DNA of 64,000 nucleotides from positions 25,296,001 through 25,360,000 of the forward strand of contig NC_047027.1 in NCBI RefSeq assembly GCF_902652985.1. The letters run 5' to 3'. The position numbers and the translations under genes are program-made. Below, in pieces: positions 62,427 to 64,000 of the stretch. How positions within the stretch are numbered: position 1 is the stretch's first letter; each line of letters opens with the position of its first letter. A model generated the notes under the pieces. It was not told the DNA's origin. It saw nothing but the letters and a program-made list of their open reading frames with translations, and made no database searches. Source of the stretch: Pecten maximus. Taxonomy: Eukaryota.

Positions 62427-64000
62427 CTAATCTCTACCAGCGATGGTAGTATTGATGTATGTCCCTCTGTTACCTGACAAAGAAAGAACTGAATATATAC
62501 GAGCATGGAAAGATAGATGTGCTTAAGATAGTAAGAAAACATAACCTACTTATATATCACCAAATACGTATCATCATATATATATATATATAGTATACAT
62601 ATGTATAGCATATCAATAGAAATTGTATATTAGCAGTACGATCCTGCATTATCGATGATAATTTGTAAAGAAAGGTTTCTTATCCTTCTCGTAATCTTCC
62701 TAAAAGAAATCAATTCACGTACCAGACGTTGTAGTATGAAGTTCTTCATAAACGTTTGGATTCGAACGTCCCTCCAACGACTCGTACTTTCTGTTATTAG
62801 AAGGAAATAGTTGTTAATGTATGGTTACATGGTTTATCCGCAACATCAATGTTAAAAAAGAATGATATAAGATATCGTACAAATCACAGCGAATCAAAAG
62901 CATTGATAATCTACCTACCCAGCATCTCCTTCATTGTCAGGACCAATTGGGTTAACTGAAAGTACAAATAAAAAATCCGTTAATTTGTTTAATGAATAAT
63001 AATGAAGCGGTTAGTACATTTAAATGCAAAATGTATAAATATATAAAAATACACACAAAATAGTACAAATCCTCTTCGTATATGCTACCCGATTATATGT
63101 TGATAACGTAAAAATGGCCATAGAAGTTCCTAAAAACACTACAATGAGGTAAAAATTCAAATAATGGGATTGTTAACCAGACAAAATATACGAAACCCCT
63201 AGTAGCAGCTATACAATATGAGAACTATGATAACGGCGTAGCAACCTCCGAAAACAATCTTGAGGATTAGATATTATAAATTTTAGAACTATGATTACAG
63301 TGAAGCAACCTCTGAACAAATCTGAAAACGGACGCTACCGAATTTGAGTCTTAAAAGAGCAGCTAAACTAAAATTTGGTTGCCTCCGGCAGTCAGAATTT
63401 CCTTAGATTGCTACGCTGTTTTCATAGTTCTTATATTCATAATATATGAAGACTCAAGCTCAGTTGTCCGATGTCATCGGCAATATTCCTGACATTACAT
63501 CTCTGAGTTCCGAGACTTAAATTGTGTCCTCTTCCTATTGTCAGATTTATTGGAGGTTGCTACTTTATATTATGTTGGGACGAAATGTCTGTTAAGATTC
63601 AGCGTTTTCAAGCACGGGAAACATTTCTTTTTTGACTTAGCGTTCAATCATAGAACATTGATTCTGTACATGTCATTCTAACATCTGCCTTCGGCCCAAG
63701 AAAGCTTCAGGTTTCATTTTTTTTCAACTGCCATATAGATTACTCTTGCTGTATCTTATTGTATTTCTAGTACTGTTCATATATCTTGTGAATGTGTTTG
63801 TTTTCATTGTGTCTTGATGAAGGGGCGAATTACCTCGAAAATGTGCCACACGGTTGGAATTACCATAAATATACCCATACATATATATATATAATATGCA
63901 TTAAACACCGAATGCGTGTGCTTCTTAATCTATATGACACTATGCCTTACCATGATGATGTCCTCCGATTTCAGAATACACGGACGGCTTGGCAACCTCA
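62427..64000 (-). CDS. 3' exons of a paralogous ITIM/ITAM receptor (gene 2, partial)
   Basis: Exons >64000-63951 (KPSVYSEIGG), 62955-62919, 62790-62723 (KYESLEGRSNPNVYEEL) and 62473-62427 (GTYINTTIAGRD*). All are GT-AG and phase-compatible. Confidence 0.8.

Overview
Eukaryotic, AT-rich, repeat-dense genomic DNA. It is most likely a bivalve mollusc, inferred from the V- and CORE-type tRNA SINEs, CR1-like LINEs, Helitron-like elements and BEL/Pao element. Left half (1-32 kb): a duplicated composite repeat carrying decayed LINE RNase H, SGNH-hydrolase and Thr/Pro minisatellite pieces, an intronless Tpt1/KptA-like gene, nested DNA transposons, a 5-kb 32-bp satellite, a decayed CR1-like LINE, and an intact young BEL/Pao LTR retrotransposon (21636-29293, minus strand, 671-bp LTRs, ACCCA target-site duplication). 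This element has no tRNA primer-binding site (PBS). Instead, removing a GT-AG intron inside its LTR would create a 13-nt junction perfectly complementary to the PBS position, a candidate splicing-dependent self-priming system. Right half (33-64 kb): a multi-exon minus-strand Ig-superfamily receptor gene missed by the ORF track (signal peptide, Ig, Ig, FN3?, TM). Its cytoplasmic tail is built from 7 tandemly duplicated two-exon cassettes, each encoding a YxxL-x10-YxxL ITAM/ITIM-like module, followed by a canonical ITAM. The 3' end of a second ITIM+ITAM paralog lies immediately upstream. All exon models were read by eye and have no transcript support.
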